From Chthonomonadales bacterium (GTDB lineage: Bacteria > Armatimonadota > Chthonomonadetes > Chthonomonadales > CAJBBX01), in NCBI GenBank assembly GCA_049967475.1, contig JBMFSQ010000001.1, positions 22,600-86,599 of the forward strand: a stretch of 64,000 nucleotides of DNA. Direction: 5' to 3'. Made by a program: the position numbers and the translations under genes. This document shows, piece by piece, positions 1 to 10,149 of the stretch (the first letter of the stretch is position 1; each line of letters begins with the position of its first letter). A model generated the notes under the pieces. The model saw only the letters and a program-made list of their open reading frames with translations, was not told where the DNA came from and searched no databases.

Positions 1-315
1 ATGCAATACCGAGGATCCGTCCACTGGCTCCGGGGGCTTCACGCGTGCGGTTGGGAAGATGCCCGTGTTGAGGATGTGCCGGATCCGGCGGTACCATGCG
101 TCCACGTCATCCACATCGAAGAGGAGCATGAAGTTATTTGCCCAATCCTCCACGTAGTAGTTCTGAAGGCGAAAGGAGTGTCCGTTGAGCTCGAAGTCCG
201 CAGTGCCTCCCCAGCCTTCAGAGTAGCGGAATCCCAATTCGGTGTAGAAGCGTTTGGACTCCTCGAAGTCCTTAGCGGGCACGTAGGGTTTCATATTCCG
301 AATGGATAGCGGCAC
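1..315 (-). CDS. Glyoxalase/VOC (bleomycin resistance) family protein, 3' end outside window
   Basis: Not in the ORF track. Manual minus-strand translation from GTG at 315, after an AAGGAG RBS, gives MPLSIRNMKPYVPAKDFEESKRFYTELGF...WANNFMLLFDVDDVDAWY..., with the VOC-type 'DF..SKRFY..LGF' and 'V.DVDA' motifs. Confidence 0.85.
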   Translation of the reverse strand, partial: MPLSIRNMKPYVPAKDFEESKRFYTELGFRYSEGWGGTADFELNGHSFRLQNYYVEDWANNFMLLFDVDDVDAWYRRIRHILNTGIFPTARVKPPEPVDGSSVLH

Positions 316-407
316 CGGCGCATCTCCTTTTTCGCGGTCAAATGAAGCAAAGCAATTAATGTTTCGCATCCCCATCGTTGATCTCCTGCATCTGGGGCCG
401 CGGCTGC

Positions 408-437
408 TTGACTGTAGGCTGCGTGGGCAGGTATACT
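408..437 (+). promoter_or_regulatory. sigma70-type promoter for rplJL
   Basis: TTGACT (408-413), 18 bp spacer, TATACT (432-437), upstream of the L10 leader. Confidence 0.7.
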
Positions 438-464
438 GGCGCCACAACGACAATCGAACGCGAG

Positions 465-611
465 CACCGAAGACAGCAGGCGTCCCTTTGGACTTAATTC
501 CCGCCTAGCCGGGAGCCCGCCGAGGGGCCATGAGAGGCGCTGCACCGTGCCGCCTGTGCACGGTGATGGCCTGCCACGGAACCCTGCTGATCCGCGGAGT
601 TCCGTTTTTTG
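465..611 (+). ncRNA. Ribosomal protein L10 leader with terminator-like attenuator hairpin
   Basis: CCGAAGACAGCAGG...TTAAT...CCCGCCGAGG matches the L10-leader pattern; followed by hairpin ACGGAAC...GTTCCGT and a T-run (576-611) directly upstream of rplJ. Confidence 0.8.
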
Positions 612-673
612 TTGTTCCTCATCTCTGCAGCGGCAGAGGGGTTGAAGAGGCAGAGGAAAGGAGGTGAAGAGGG

Positions 674-1219
674 ATGCGAACCAAGGGGCCGCGCGCGGAC
701 AAAGTTGCCGATGTTCAGCGGATGCGGGAGCTCTTTGACCAATGCCAGGGCGCCATCCTCACGGACTACCGCGGGCTGACCGTGGCGGAGATCAGCGCTC
801 TACGCCGGAAGCTTCGTGCGTCGGGGGGCGAGTACCATGTGGTGAAGAACACCCTGTTCCGCCGGGCGGCCGGAGAAAAGCTCACGCCCGCCCTGGAACA
901 GCTTCTCGTAGGGCCCACAGCCATTGTTTTTGCATCCGGCGACATGGTGGGTGTCGCCAAGGATCTGGTGGCGTTCCTTCGGGACCTGCGCAAGCCGGAA
1001 GTAGCAATCAAGGGCGGTTATTTGGACGGCCGTGTCCTTTCCGCGGCGGACGTGACAGCTATCTCGAAGCTCCCGCCAAAGGACGTGATTTTGGCCCAGA
1101 CCTTGGGTACGCTCCAGGCGCCGCTTTCCAACTTCGTGGGAACCCTTCATGGCGTCCTGAGCGAGTTTGCGCGTACTCTGCAGGCGCTTGCCGACAAACG
1201 GCAGGCGGAGGCGGCATGA
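674..1219 (+). CDS. rplJ: 50S ribosomal protein L10
   Basis: [21 protein letters not shown] and LPPK motifs; AAAGGAGGTG RBS. Confidence 0.97.
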   Translation: MRTKGPRADKVADVQRMRELFDQCQGAILTDYRGLTVAEISALRRKLRASGGEYHVVKNTLFRRAAGEKLTPALEQLLVGPTAIVFASGDMVGVAKDLVAFLRDLRKPEVAIKGGYLDGRVLSAADVTAISKLPPKDVILAQTLGTLQAPLSNFVGTLHGVLSEFARTLQALADKRQAEAA

Positions 1220-1304
1220 CACGCATTGTGAAGATCCTTGGCCGAGAGGGATGCATCCCTGGCGGCGCCGATATGAGCCGCGGCACGCGGCACGGAGGTT
1301 AGAA

Positions 1305-1688
1305 ATGAGTGCGATTGACGACATCATCGGCTCGCTCGAGAAGCTGAGCGTGCTCGAACTCGTGGAGTTGACAAAAGCTATCCAGGACAAGTGGGGTGTG
1401 TCTGCAGCGCCGGTGGCGGTGGCTGCAGCTCCGGCAGGGGCGGCGCCGGCTGAGGCCGCTCCGGCTGAAGAAGAGAAGACCTCCTTCGACGTGATCCTGA
1501 AGGCCGTGGGTGACAAAAAGATCCAAGTGATCAAGGCAGTGCGCGAGGTCACTTCGCTGGGTCTCAAGGAAGCCAAGGAGCTGGTGGACACGGCTCCCCA
1601 GCCCGTGAAGCAAGGTGTCAACAAGGAAGAGGCCGAGGCAATCAAGGCTAAGCTGGAGGCCGAAGGCGCCACGGTAGAGATCAAGTAG
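1305..1688 (+). CDS. rplL: 50S ribosomal protein L7/L12
   Basis: LSVLELVEL, Ala-rich hinge, [38 protein letters not shown] before ATG 1305. Confidence 0.98.
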   Translation: MSAIDDIIGSLEKLSVLELVELTKAIQDKWGVSAAPVAVAAAPAGAAPAEAAPAEEEKTSFDVILKAVGDKKIQVIKAVREVTSLGLKEAKELVDTAPQPVKQGVNKEEAEAIKAKLEAEGATVEIK

Positions 1689-1810
1689 CCCCAGGGCCGG
1701 TTGTTGTGTCCGCAGGGAGCGACGTCGGCAGGCGCGCTCCCTTGGCTTTCTTGGCCCCTCTGCCGATAATGGCCCATGAGAACGCGGTGGACACGGTTCT
1801 GGAGGGCAGG

Positions 1811-2413
1811 ATGACCGACGCATCCGGAGTTGGCGAAGGGCGCCGCATCACACTCAAAGATCCCCAGGGAGAATGGCCGGCGACGCTGGAAGCCTTCAGC
1901 GGCCGGCACATGCGCATTGCCCTGGCCCCGGGCTCCGATGCGCCCAAAGTTCGCTGGGGCAGCGGTGCGGAGGTGCGCGTGTGCCTCGAGGGACCTTCGG
2001 GTAGCTTCTGCGCACCCGCATCGGTGGTCAAACAGATCGGCTCGGTGGTGTGGCTGGCCGTGTCCCCATCCGTAAGCGGCCTCGAGCGGCGTAGCGCCCC
2101 GCGAGTGTCCGTACGCTTCCCCGTGTGCTGCGTGTGCCGAGGCGTGGAGCATTCCGCCTGGTGTCTGGACCTGAGCGCGGGCGGTATGAGGCTGAGCCTG
2201 TCAACGCACGTGGCTGAAGGCGACGACCTGTCACTAGCGTTCAGTCTGCCCGATGCCCCGGAACCGCTCACGTTGCACGGGCGGATCCTATGGGTTGCGC
2301 CGGGGCCCCGCGGCCGTACGGAGGCAGGCGTCAAGTTTGTTGGGCTGCATCCTGCACAGGGTGCTGCAATCGCGGCATTCTGTGCCCGCCGCGCCGACCC
2401 TCTAGCCGTTTAG
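1811..2413 (+). CDS. PilZ-domain c-di-GMP receptor (YcgR-like)
   Basis: RxxxR (ERRSAPR) and DxSxxG (DLSAGG) motifs; start uncertain (1706, 1769 or 1811). Confidence 0.85.
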   Translation: MTDASGVGEGRRITLKDPQGEWPATLEAFSGRHMRIALAPGSDAPKVRWGSGAEVRVCLEGPSGSFCAPASVVKQIGSVVWLAVSPSVSGLERRSAPRVSVRFPVCCVCRGVEHSAWCLDLSAGGMRLSLSTHVAEGDDLSLAFSLPDAPEPLTLHGRILWVAPGPRGRTEAGVKFVGLHPAQGAAIAAFCARRADPLAV

Positions 2414-2459
2414 GTGACGCCCACCCCGATGAAAGCCGCGGGACCCGGCGTACAATCTC

Positions 2460-3155
2460 CTATCCAGATCCCCCGCCGTTCGGACTGAACGCCTCACCTG
2501 CCGCGGGATATGCCGGCAGCGTCCAGGGTCCCACCTTGTCCGCCGTGTATGCCGAGGCCCAAAAATCCGGCGGACCCTGGCTGCTGGGCACGTTGTTCTT
2601 GACGGGTTTGATGCCGTGCTTCAGGTAGGCTACGATGGCCCAAAGGTCGTCGTCGGATAGGTGCCTGTAGGAGGGCCATGGCATGGGCGGCGCCAGGTAG
2701 TGCGGCTGCGCAGGAAAGTTCCCTTGGCCGGGAGTGGTGGAGGTGATCACCACGTCGGGCGTTGCCATGGGATCCAGGCCATACTTTAAAGCGTTGAAGA
2801 TCTGCCGATCCGAGTGCATGCCGATGCCGGTTGCCGCATCCGGGGTGAGGTTCGTCGCGTACGTTGCGAAAGGACCGATTTGGAAGGCCCCTTCCCCCTG
2901 GTCGCCGGCTTGGCCAATGAAGCCTGCGAGCCAATTGGGATCGTTCGGATCGTCCTTGCCGCGGTTGTGACAATCGGAACAGCCGAGGGACGTAACGAGG
3001 TAGCGGCCCCGGTTCACCTGCTCGATCGTAGCCCTGCCGGATGGAAGGCCACCGGATCCATTCCCTCCGCCACACCCGGTCAAGGCAATCCCCATCACGA
3101 GTGCCGTGGCGAAGATCGCTGCGATGAGCCAACCATAGGTTCGACCTAGATGCAT
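2460..3155 (-). CDS. Lipoprotein mono-heme cytochrome c
   Basis: Lipobox LTGC, CSDCH heme motif, NLTPD..TG and PPMPW motifs; AAGGAGG RBS. Confidence 0.88.
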   Translation of the reverse strand: MHLGRTYGWLIAAIFATALVMGIALTGCGGGNGSGGLPSGRATIEQVNRGRYLVTSLGCSDCHNRGKDDPNDPNWLAGFIGQAGDQGEGAFQIGPFATYATNLTPDAATGIGMHSDRQIFNALKYGLDPMATPDVVITSTTPGQGNFPAQPHYLAPPMPWPSYRHLSDDDLWAIVAYLKHGIKPVKNNVPSSQGPPDFWASAYTADKVGPWTLPAYPAAGEAFSPNGGGSG

Positions 3156-3409
3156 CGTCCTACCCTCCTTTTACGATGCGCTTGGTGTATTCGCGCAAGC
3201 CAAAGGTCCAGACCCAAAGATCGGATCAGCCTGTGGAGGGATCTCGTGCACCTCGGACGAGTGCGCTTTGCAACTAGGGGAACAGCTCGACAGCAGGAAA
3301 ACGGGCCCGGCGCGAGCCTAGGGGCCCAAGAAGGACAGCAGTAAGGCATGGCAGCGCACCGCGAGGGTGCGAGACCATCGTGCCCGGAGCCTTCGGGACG
3401 CGCTGATTC

Positions 3410-3439
3410 CGTATACAGTGCCCGATCTGGTTTTGTCAA
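3410..3439 (-). promoter_or_regulatory. Putative sigma70 promoter for the cytochrome c gene (~250 nt leader)
   Basis: Minus strand TTGACA-N18-TATACG. Confidence 0.45.
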
Positions 3440-3558
3440 GAGGACCGTCGGATCCATTTGTTGTTTTTGCAGGTTCAAGGCTCTTCTGCAGGGAGTGGGC
3501 GGTTGAGCGTAGAACTCCGTCCTAGCAGGAATGTGTCCCAGCGAATGGGGGGACGGTC

Positions 3559-6408
3559 GTGATGTTTATTGCGTGGGTCATGCTTGCGCTTGCGCCTTGG
3601 GTGTCATGGATGCCCGTGTCTGTGCGCGATCAGTGGGACTTCAAGTTCAAGAAGTTCGTGATTGGCGCCTGGTGGGGACCCTCTGCTACCGACGCCGAGT
3701 TGAAGCTCTATCGGGAAGCCGGCTTCAACGTTGTGATGGCCGGCCGGTATATGGAGTTGGACCGATACGGCGACCCGTCCAGGGGGGCGCTGGAACTGAA
3801 TTTGGCCCACAAGTATGGGTTGGGAGTTTTGTTTGATACCTATACCCGCAATGACCGGCCGTGGGGAGGTGTCGTGACGGGTGGTTGGGACCCCCATCCG
3901 GTTCACCACGCGGCAACCCTTCCTGAACTCAAATGGCTCTATGAACGCATCGGCAAACATCCGGCACTGGTGGGCTTTATGATTGGTGACGACCAAGGCG
4001 AGGTGACGCCGCGCACCGACGCGTGCACGCAGTTTCTCCACTCCTTGCCGAAGCCGCATCTTTTTCCCTGGCTTTGCGGCTGGATCCCGCCCGAGGATTT
4101 GGCGCGTCACGGCAATCCAATCTGTGATCCGCAGATCTATCCGACCCTCTATAACTGGAAAGCGAGTGCAGAGGATCTTGCCCGCGCCTATGCTGCTGCT
4201 TATTTCACAGACAGCCGCAAGTGCCTTCAATACGGGGTGATGTTCTGGCCCATGTTCAACGTGAGCAGTCCTGAGGCATCGCCGGACCCGCACTCGATTG
4301 CAGCGCCTTTGCCCAGCGACTCCCTCGTGCGCTTCCCTGCCTATGCTGCGGTGGCCTACGGCGCCACGGGCATCTTCTACTTCTGCTACAGCGGCGGCGC
4401 CATCGAGAGGGTAGGGCCGTGGAACACGCCAAAGGAGGCCCGAGCTGCGCTCACCAACCTCTATCCTGTAGTGCAGCGCATCAATCGGCGCATCGCGGCG
4501 TGGGGCCCGCGCGTTTTGCAAACCGCCTCTACAGGCCTCTTCGGCACCGCATTTTCCGCCAAGACGCCCGCAGCAGGATCCGCATCCCCGGAAGGGCTGC
4601 AGCGACCAGGTCCTGGCCGTTTGATAGACGCCATGAGCAGCGACTTGCTCGCTGGAGTGCTCGTGGGCAAGGGCAGGCCTCCGCTCGTGATGGTGGTGGA
4701 TTGCCGGACGAGCAAGCGCTTCGGAGATTTGCCGGAACGGGAGGTGATCCTGCGCTTCCACCCAAGCGTGTCTTCCGTAAAGGTATTGGAAGGGCGAAAG
4801 GCCCGTTTGCTGGACGGGTCGCTGGTGTCGCTGCACATCGAGGCAGGCGGCGGGCAGCTTCTGGAACTTCATGGGAGGAACCTCGAGCGCCTCTGTACCC
4901 AGGCAGCCATCTATGGGCCGCCGGTAGTAGCCGGCGCCGCCGGAATTCCCACAAAATCGGCCCCTAGAACGTCGGCGCAGGACGTGACGGTAGTTGTGGA
5001 TCCCGGCCGAGTAGAGATACCGTATTGGACGGGCTTCGGCTGCAGCCTGTCCTGGTGGGCGGTGTTTTCCCGGAACTGGCCATCCGCATCTCGCTTGGAA
5101 GCATGTCGGCGCCTCTTCGGCCGCGGTGAGGGTTGCCTGGGCCTCAATGTGGTGCGATACAACGCCGGGGGTACCGCACCAACGGCAGATCCGAGCCGGT
5201 ACCGCCCGGGTGCATGCGTACTCGCCACACTCGACGCCGACGGCTCGTTCCATCCCGAGCGTGACGGGGCTCAGATCGAGTGTCTGCGCCTGGCCCATCG
5301 CCTAGGTGCAGACACTTTTGAGCTCTTCGCGAACTCGCCGCCTTATTGGATGCTCAAAAACGGCGACACACGCGGTGGAGAGAATGGCAGCGAGAACTTG
5401 AAGCCGGAGTGTGAGCAGGATTATGCCCGGTGGCTTGCGACTGTGGCGGAGCGAGTGGAGGGTGCGGCGGGCGTTCACTTTCGGTCTATCGAGCCGTTCA
5501 ACGAGCCGTCGGCATGGTGGTGGGATAATGCCCGCAGCAACCAAGAAGGGTGTCGTATCCTGCCTTCGGCCCAGGCCCGCATCCTGAAGTACCTTCGTTT
5601 GGAACTGAAACGCACGGGAGTAACGCACATCATTGCTTGTTCGGACGAGAACGACGCCCATACGGCCTTCACGACGCTGGAATTCCTCACCGACCCCAAC
5701 GGCGGCGGGCTGGATGCAGGGACCATCGGCCAGGTCAATGTCCATGGCTACTTCCCGTCCGATTGGCGGCAGAGGTTGCGCCGTCTGGCGGCGGCGCATT
5801 CGGTGCGACATATTTGGATGAGTGAAGTCAGCTTTCGCGAATGGGGCCATGCAGGTTATATTCCCCAGGATATGCGCTGTGCTTTGCCCCAAACGAGGGC
5901 GCTTCTTGCAGATCTGAAGCGGCTCAGGCCGGAGGCGTGGGTCTTTTGGCAGCCTGTGGAGCCTCTGGAACTATGCCTTGACAACCGCTTTACCTATGGC
6001 CTTTTACAATCTCCTGCCCAAAGGCGTGTCCAATGGCAGGGGAAGGTCATCGAGCCGGGGGAACTTGTAATCAGCAAGGCTTTTTGGGCGCTCCTGCAGT
6101 TTTCGCACTTCATCCGACCCGGTTGCCGCTTTGTATCTGCGAGTGACGAAGGGGTAGTGGCTGCCGTGGATGGCGGCGGACGGCGGGTGGTTCTAGTGGT
6201 TCAAAATGACGGGCTAGAGGGGCGGCGGATGCGCTTTGACCTTTCGCGCTTTCGAAGGCTTCCGCGCATGGCACGCCGGTGGCGGACGATGGACGATGGG
6301 GGCGGACACGTTTGGAACTGTCGGCCGCTGGAACCGCTCGAACTGCACGGGCGGGGGTTGACGGACGATGTGCCGCCCCATTCGATTACCACTTATGTAT
6401 TGGGCTGA
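3559..6408 (+). CDS. Secreted two-module glycoside hydrolase; C-terminal GH30-like (endo-beta-1,6-galactanase-like) module
   Basis: Signal-like N-terminus; C-half has GFGCSLSWWA, LNVVRYN, FANSPPYWM, PFNEP (acid/base) and IWMSE (nucleophile); N-half is a separate uncharacterised barrel-like domain. Confidence 0.75.
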   Translation: MMFIAWVMLALAPWVSWMPVSVRDQWDFKFKKFVIGAWWGPSATDAELKLYREAGFNVVMAGRYMELDRYGDPSRGALELNLAHKYGLGVLFDTYTRNDRPWGGVVTGGWDPHPVHHAATLPELKWLYERIGKHPALVGFMIGDDQGEVTPRTDACTQFLHSLPKPHLFPWLCGWIPPEDLARHGNPICDPQIYPTLYNWKASAEDLARAYAAAYFTDSRKCLQYGVMFWPMFNVSSPEASPDPHSIAAPLPSDSLVRFPAYAAVAYGATGIFYFCYSGGAIERVGPWNTPKEARAALTNLYPVVQRINRRIAAWGPRVLQTASTGLFGTAFSAKTPAAGSASPEGLQRPGPGRLIDAMSSDLLAGVLVGKGRPPLVMVVDCRTSKRFGDLPEREVILRFHPSVSSVKVLEGRKARLLDGSLVSLHIEAGGGQLLELHGRNLERLCTQAAIYGPPVVAGAAGIPTKSAPRTSAQDVTVVVDPGRVEIPYWTGFGCSLSWWAVFSRNWPSASRLEACRRLFGRGEGCLGLNVVRYNAGGTAPTADPSRYRPGACVLATLDADGSFHPERDGAQIECLRLAHRLGADTFELFANSPPYWMLKNGDTRGGENGSENLKPECEQDYARWLATVAERVEGAAGVHFRSIEPFNEPSAWWWDNARSNQEGCRILPSAQARILKYLRLELKRTGVTHIIACSDENDAHTAFTTLEFLTDPNGGGLDAGTIGQVNVHGYFPSDWRQRLRRLAAAHSVRHIWMSEVSFREWGHAGYIPQDMRCALPQTRALLADLKRLRPEAWVFWQPVEPLELCLDNRFTYGLLQSPAQRRVQWQGKVIEPGELVISKAFWALLQFSHFIRPGCRFVSASDEGVVAAVDGGGRRVVLVVQNDGLEGRRMRFDLSRFRRLPRMARRWRTMDDGGGHVWNCRPLEPLELHGRGLTDDVPPHSITTYVLG

Positions 6409-6515
6409 GCGTGGCTGCCGTGCGGCCCGGCACATTCCACGGTGGCTTGTTGAGCGGGGATGCGCGCGTACGGATTCCATGAGGCGGGTTTCAGCCGGCG
6501 GAGCTGAGGATTGAA

Positions 6516-8495
6516 GTGCAGAAGATGTTTGCGGCAATTCTGATGGTGGCGCTGGCCGGTATGCCTTACTTTAGCGCGCCTGCCGGTACGCGCGGCTCCG
6601 GGGAGAACAACGAGATTGGGCCTACGATCATCCCCTTCTATTCGGGGAACCTTTCGGTGCCTCAGTTCATGTGCTACTGGGGCACGGGCAAGGCGCCCGG
6701 CACGATGCCCGTTACAGACGCGCTAATCGCGCAGCTCCATCGGTGCTCCTGCTTTGCCATGTGTGACTATCCCGCGTGGTGCTTGGCAGAGCCGGAGCCC
6801 GGACGATGGGACTTTTCCTTGTATGAAACGAACGCCCGCCGGCTTGCGGCCGCTTCGATCCGCTATGTCCCGTTCTCTTGGCTCCACTTCCCGCCCAAGT
6901 GGTTCCTCAATTCCCGTGACTTTGTGGGGTACCGGTGCCTGGAGCATGGACAGGAGCTCGGGCAGCTTTCCCTTTGGGCGCCTGCCACGCGCCGCATCTA
7001 CCGGGAATACTATCGCCGATTGGCTGCGGTGATGGGTCCTCATATCGCCTTCATCCGGCTGGCCATGCCGTCGGAGTATGGCGAGGTGGGTTACCCCGTA
7101 GGGATGACGAACTGGCTCGTTCCGCAGAAACATGTGCATCCGGGCTTTTGGTGCGGCGACGCGTACGCGCGCCGGGATTTCGCAGCTTGGGCCCTCAGGC
7201 GGTACGGTTCCATCGGCCGGGTGAATTCGGCGTGGGGAACGGACTTCACATCCATGGATGCCATCCGGTACCCGCCGATTGATGGGGCGAAATGGAGGCT
7301 TCCCGAGAATGTGCAGGCTCGGCGGCGGTGGCTGGACTTCATGGAGTGGTACCAGTCATCGTGGGACGACTTCATCATGTGGTCGGCCTCGGTCGTGAAG
7401 CGGTTCTTTCCGGGATTTGGGCTTCCCCAGGCAGGCAAAGATCTGCGGACCCGCCGCGAGATCATCTTCAGTTTGGGGTATGGAGGCGAGACGCCGTGCT
7501 TCGGCAACGATGAGGGGATGCACGTGAAGGCTATCGGGCGATGTGGGGGCTCCGCACAAACACCCGGCGACATCGGTTATTTCGCCACACGGCGCGTATC
7601 CACTGCCTGCGCCTTCTATGGGGTGCCGTATTACACGGAGCCTCCCGGAGATGTGCCCAGGGAACGCGAGGTGCGGCGCATCTGGATGGACGCATCCAAT
7701 GGGACACAGGTCTTTTTCGACTATCCCCAGAACCTGGATGCTGCCCGGGATCTGTTCCGCCGGTACAAAGCCTTCTTGGACGGGGTGCGATCCCGCACCG
7801 ACGTGGCCCTAATCATCTGCACCACAACTCATTGGCTTCATCCGGAATGGGGATATCCGCCGACACTCTTAGGAATTGCAGAGGCTCTTCGGCCCTTCTG
7901 TGATTATGAAGTGGTGGACGAACATATGCTTGGGCAAGGGGCCCTGGACCGCCTGCATCTTAGGGTGGCTGTGCTCGCCGATGCGGCGTATATGGAGGAG
8001 AAGGCCTTGCGGGTTCTGGAACAATGGGTGCGCGGCGGCGGCATTCTGGTAACGGCTGCCGGGGAGCCGGTGAGGAACGTTCGAGGAAGCGACGCAGTAT
8101 GGAAAAGGCTCGTACCGAACGGTGTAAAGGCGGCCTCGGGAGGCGAGGAGGGACTGAACGTGCGGCGTGCGGGACGAGGAGCCGTGGTGATCGTGACCGA
8201 CGGGGACGCATCCGCCGCTGCCATGGCGCGGGTTGTCGAAGAGGTTAGGGATGAACCTGGCCGATTTGCTCCGGGGGCGCCCCCGTGTTGCATCCGGGTA
8301 GACACAGGCGCATCCGGCGTCCTCGCATCGGTGTTCCGGAGCCGCGTGCTTCTGTACAACGGATCTTCAAGCCCGGTAGATGCTGCAGTGCGCATCGTGG
8401 GCGGTCCATCCACGGTACAGAGACGCACGGTGCAGGTTCACCTGGGGCCTCATTCCATCTTGGGGATGCCGCTTACCCAATGGAGCGCGGAGTAA
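6516..8495 (+). CDS. Secreted GH42-like beta-galactosidase family protein
   Basis: W..AEPEPGRWDF, HFPPKW, F..W..RRYGSI..VN.AWGT.F and a trimerisation-like 'LEQWVRGGG' segment. Confidence 0.7.
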   Translation: MQKMFAAILMVALAGMPYFSAPAGTRGSGENNEIGPTIIPFYSGNLSVPQFMCYWGTGKAPGTMPVTDALIAQLHRCSCFAMCDYPAWCLAEPEPGRWDFSLYETNARRLAAASIRYVPFSWLHFPPKWFLNSRDFVGYRCLEHGQELGQLSLWAPATRRIYREYYRRLAAVMGPHIAFIRLAMPSEYGEVGYPVGMTNWLVPQKHVHPGFWCGDAYARRDFAAWALRRYGSIGRVNSAWGTDFTSMDAIRYPPIDGAKWRLPENVQARRRWLDFMEWYQSSWDDFIMWSASVVKRFFPGFGLPQAGKDLRTRREIIFSLGYGGETPCFGNDEGMHVKAIGRCGGSAQTPGDIGYFATRRVSTACAFYGVPYYTEPPGDVPREREVRRIWMDASNGTQVFFDYPQNLDAARDLFRRYKAFLDGVRSRTDVALIICTTTHWLHPEWGYPPTLLGIAEALRPFCDYEVVDEHMLGQGALDRLHLRVAVLADAAYMEEKALRVLEQWVRGGGILVTAAGEPVRNVRGSDAVWKRLVPNGVKAASGGEEGLNVRRAGRGAVVIVTDGDASAAAMARVVEEVRDEPGRFAPGAPPCCIRVDTGASGVLASVFRSRVLLYNGSSSPVDAAVRIVGGPSTVQRRTVQVHLGPHSILGMPLTQWSAE

Positions 8496-8497
8496 CA

Positions 8498-9433
8498 ATG
8501 GATGCCGATCGCCTGCCTTCTGAGATCCCTCTGAGGGGATGGATCGCTGAGTTCTTGGAGTACCGGCGGTTTGCCCGAAACAACTCACCGCACACGCTTC
8601 GAGCCTATGCCTCGGATTTGGCGCAACTTGCGGAATACCTTGGCCGGCACGGCCGGGAAGCGCAATCTGTAGCGCTGGCCGACTTGCGGGGCTATTTGGC
8701 CTGGGCGCAGGAACGCGGATGCCGCCGGGCCACCTTGGCGAGGAAGCAGGCTGCGCTTCGGGCGTTCTTCGGGTGGCTTCGCAGAATGGGGAGGATTGCG
8801 CGGGATCCGTCGCGGGGGCTGGTGGCTCCCCGCCAGCCGCGCAGGCTGCCCAAGTTTCTTCGAAGCGCCGAGATCGAAGCACTTATGGCTGCGCCTGGCA
8901 CAGACCCAGCCGGCCTGCGGGACCGGGCTCTGCTCGAATTGCTCTATGCCTCGGGACTGAGGGCATCCGAGGCTGTTGGGCTTGACGTTGGCGATCTGGA
9001 TCTGGAGGCAGGGGAAGTGCGGGTGCGCCATGGGAAGGGCGGAAGAGAGCGCATCGCCCTTTTGGGAAGTAGCGCCGTGCAGGCCATCGAGGATTATCTG
9101 GCGATGGGCCGCCCGAAACTGGCTTCTCGCGGGAAAGGCCGCACCTGTCAGGCCCTCTTCCTGAACAAGCTGGGATCGCGCCTCTCGGACCGCGGGATCA
9201 GGAGAACGTTCGATCGGTATGCCGCCTCGGCTTCTCAACATCTCAAGATTACTCCCCACGTCCTGCGCCACACCTTTGCCACCCATCTTCTGGAGAATGG
9301 TGCAGATCTGCGGGTGGTGCAGGAGCTGTTGGGTCACGCGAGCCTCTCGAGCACGCAGATCTACACCCATGTAACCTCGGAACGCCTCAAGGCCGTATAT
9401 GACGAGGCGCACCCCCGCGCCCAGGAGCAATGA
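8498..9433 (+). CDS. xerC: Tyrosine recombinase XerC
   Basis: SPHTLRAY, RDRALLELLYASGLR, GKGG.ER, PHVLRHTFATHLL, LLGH.SLSSTQIYTH; adjacent to hslV. Confidence 0.88.
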   Translation: MDADRLPSEIPLRGWIAEFLEYRRFARNNSPHTLRAYASDLAQLAEYLGRHGREAQSVALADLRGYLAWAQERGCRRATLARKQAALRAFFGWLRRMGRIARDPSRGLVAPRQPRRLPKFLRSAEIEALMAAPGTDPAGLRDRALLELLYASGLRASEAVGLDVGDLDLEAGEVRVRHGKGGRERIALLGSSAVQAIEDYLAMGRPKLASRGKGRTCQALFLNKLGSRLSDRGIRRTFDRYAASASQHLKITPHVLRHTFATHLLENGADLRVVQELLGHASLSSTQIYTHVTSERLKAVYDEAHPRAQEQ

Positions 9434-9609
9434 CTTCGCCGATGCCTCCCCAGTGGACCCGTGTGGCGCGGGTTGGAGGGCGCGGGGCCGGCTGAAGGAT
9501 TTCGGAGAGCGGCAGGCGAACAGGGTCCCAAGATCCCATGGGCTGGACCGCAGGACGACAGGGTCTCGCGCGCCTTCGGCGGGGATTAGGGAGATTGGAA
9601 GGCAAGGAG

Positions 9610-10143
9610 ATGATGCTGCACTCTACAACGATCATTGCCGTTCTGCGGGATGGCCGACTCGCCATGGGTGGAGACGGGCAAGTGACGCTGGAAAACACCG
9701 TGGTGAAGCATACGGCACGCAAGGTTCGGCGAATGTACAACAATCGCATTCTGGGAGGTTTCGCCGGATCTGTTGCCGACGCGCAGACCCTCGCCGACAA
9801 GTTCGAGGGGAAGCTGGAGAGCTCCGGCGGGAACCTTTTGAGGGCTGCCATTGAATTCGCCAAGGAGTGGCGTACGGACCGCATCCTCCGTAGGCTCGAA
9901 GCGATGATGCTCGTTGGAGATGAGCAGAGGCTCCTACTCATATCCGGAGACGGAAACATCCTGGAACCGGATGACGGCGTAGCGGCCATCGGTTCCGGCG
10001 GCCCGTATGCCCAGGCGGCTGCGAAGGCTCTTGTTGCCAACACCGATTTGCCGGCTCGCCGCATTGTAGAGGAGGCCCTGCGCATCGCGGCAGAGATCTG
10101 CATCTACACCAACGACCGCACCACGGTGGACGAATTACCTTAG
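9610..10143 (+). CDS. hslV: ATP-dependent protease peptidase subunit HslV/ClpQ
   Basis: Short propeptide then catalytic [29 protein letters not shown]. Confidence 0.96.
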   Translation: MMLHSTTIIAVLRDGRLAMGGDGQVTLENTVVKHTARKVRRMYNNRILGGFAGSVADAQTLADKFEGKLESSGGNLLRAAIEFAKEWRTDRILRRLEAMMLVGDEQRLLLISGDGNILEPDDGVAAIGSGGPYAQAAAKALVANTDLPARRIVEEALRIAAEICIYTNDRTTVDELP

Positions 10144-10149
10144 GCGGCT

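Noticed and set aside
1..309. Plus-strand 102-aa ORF in the track
   Set aside because: Shadow of the minus-strand glyoxalase gene, which has an RBS and family motifs.
8498..9433. Tyrosine recombinase as the integron integrase or a prophage integrase
   Set aside because: Typical XerC length and xerC-hslV context; no visible IntI-specific insertion; 45 kb from the attC sites.
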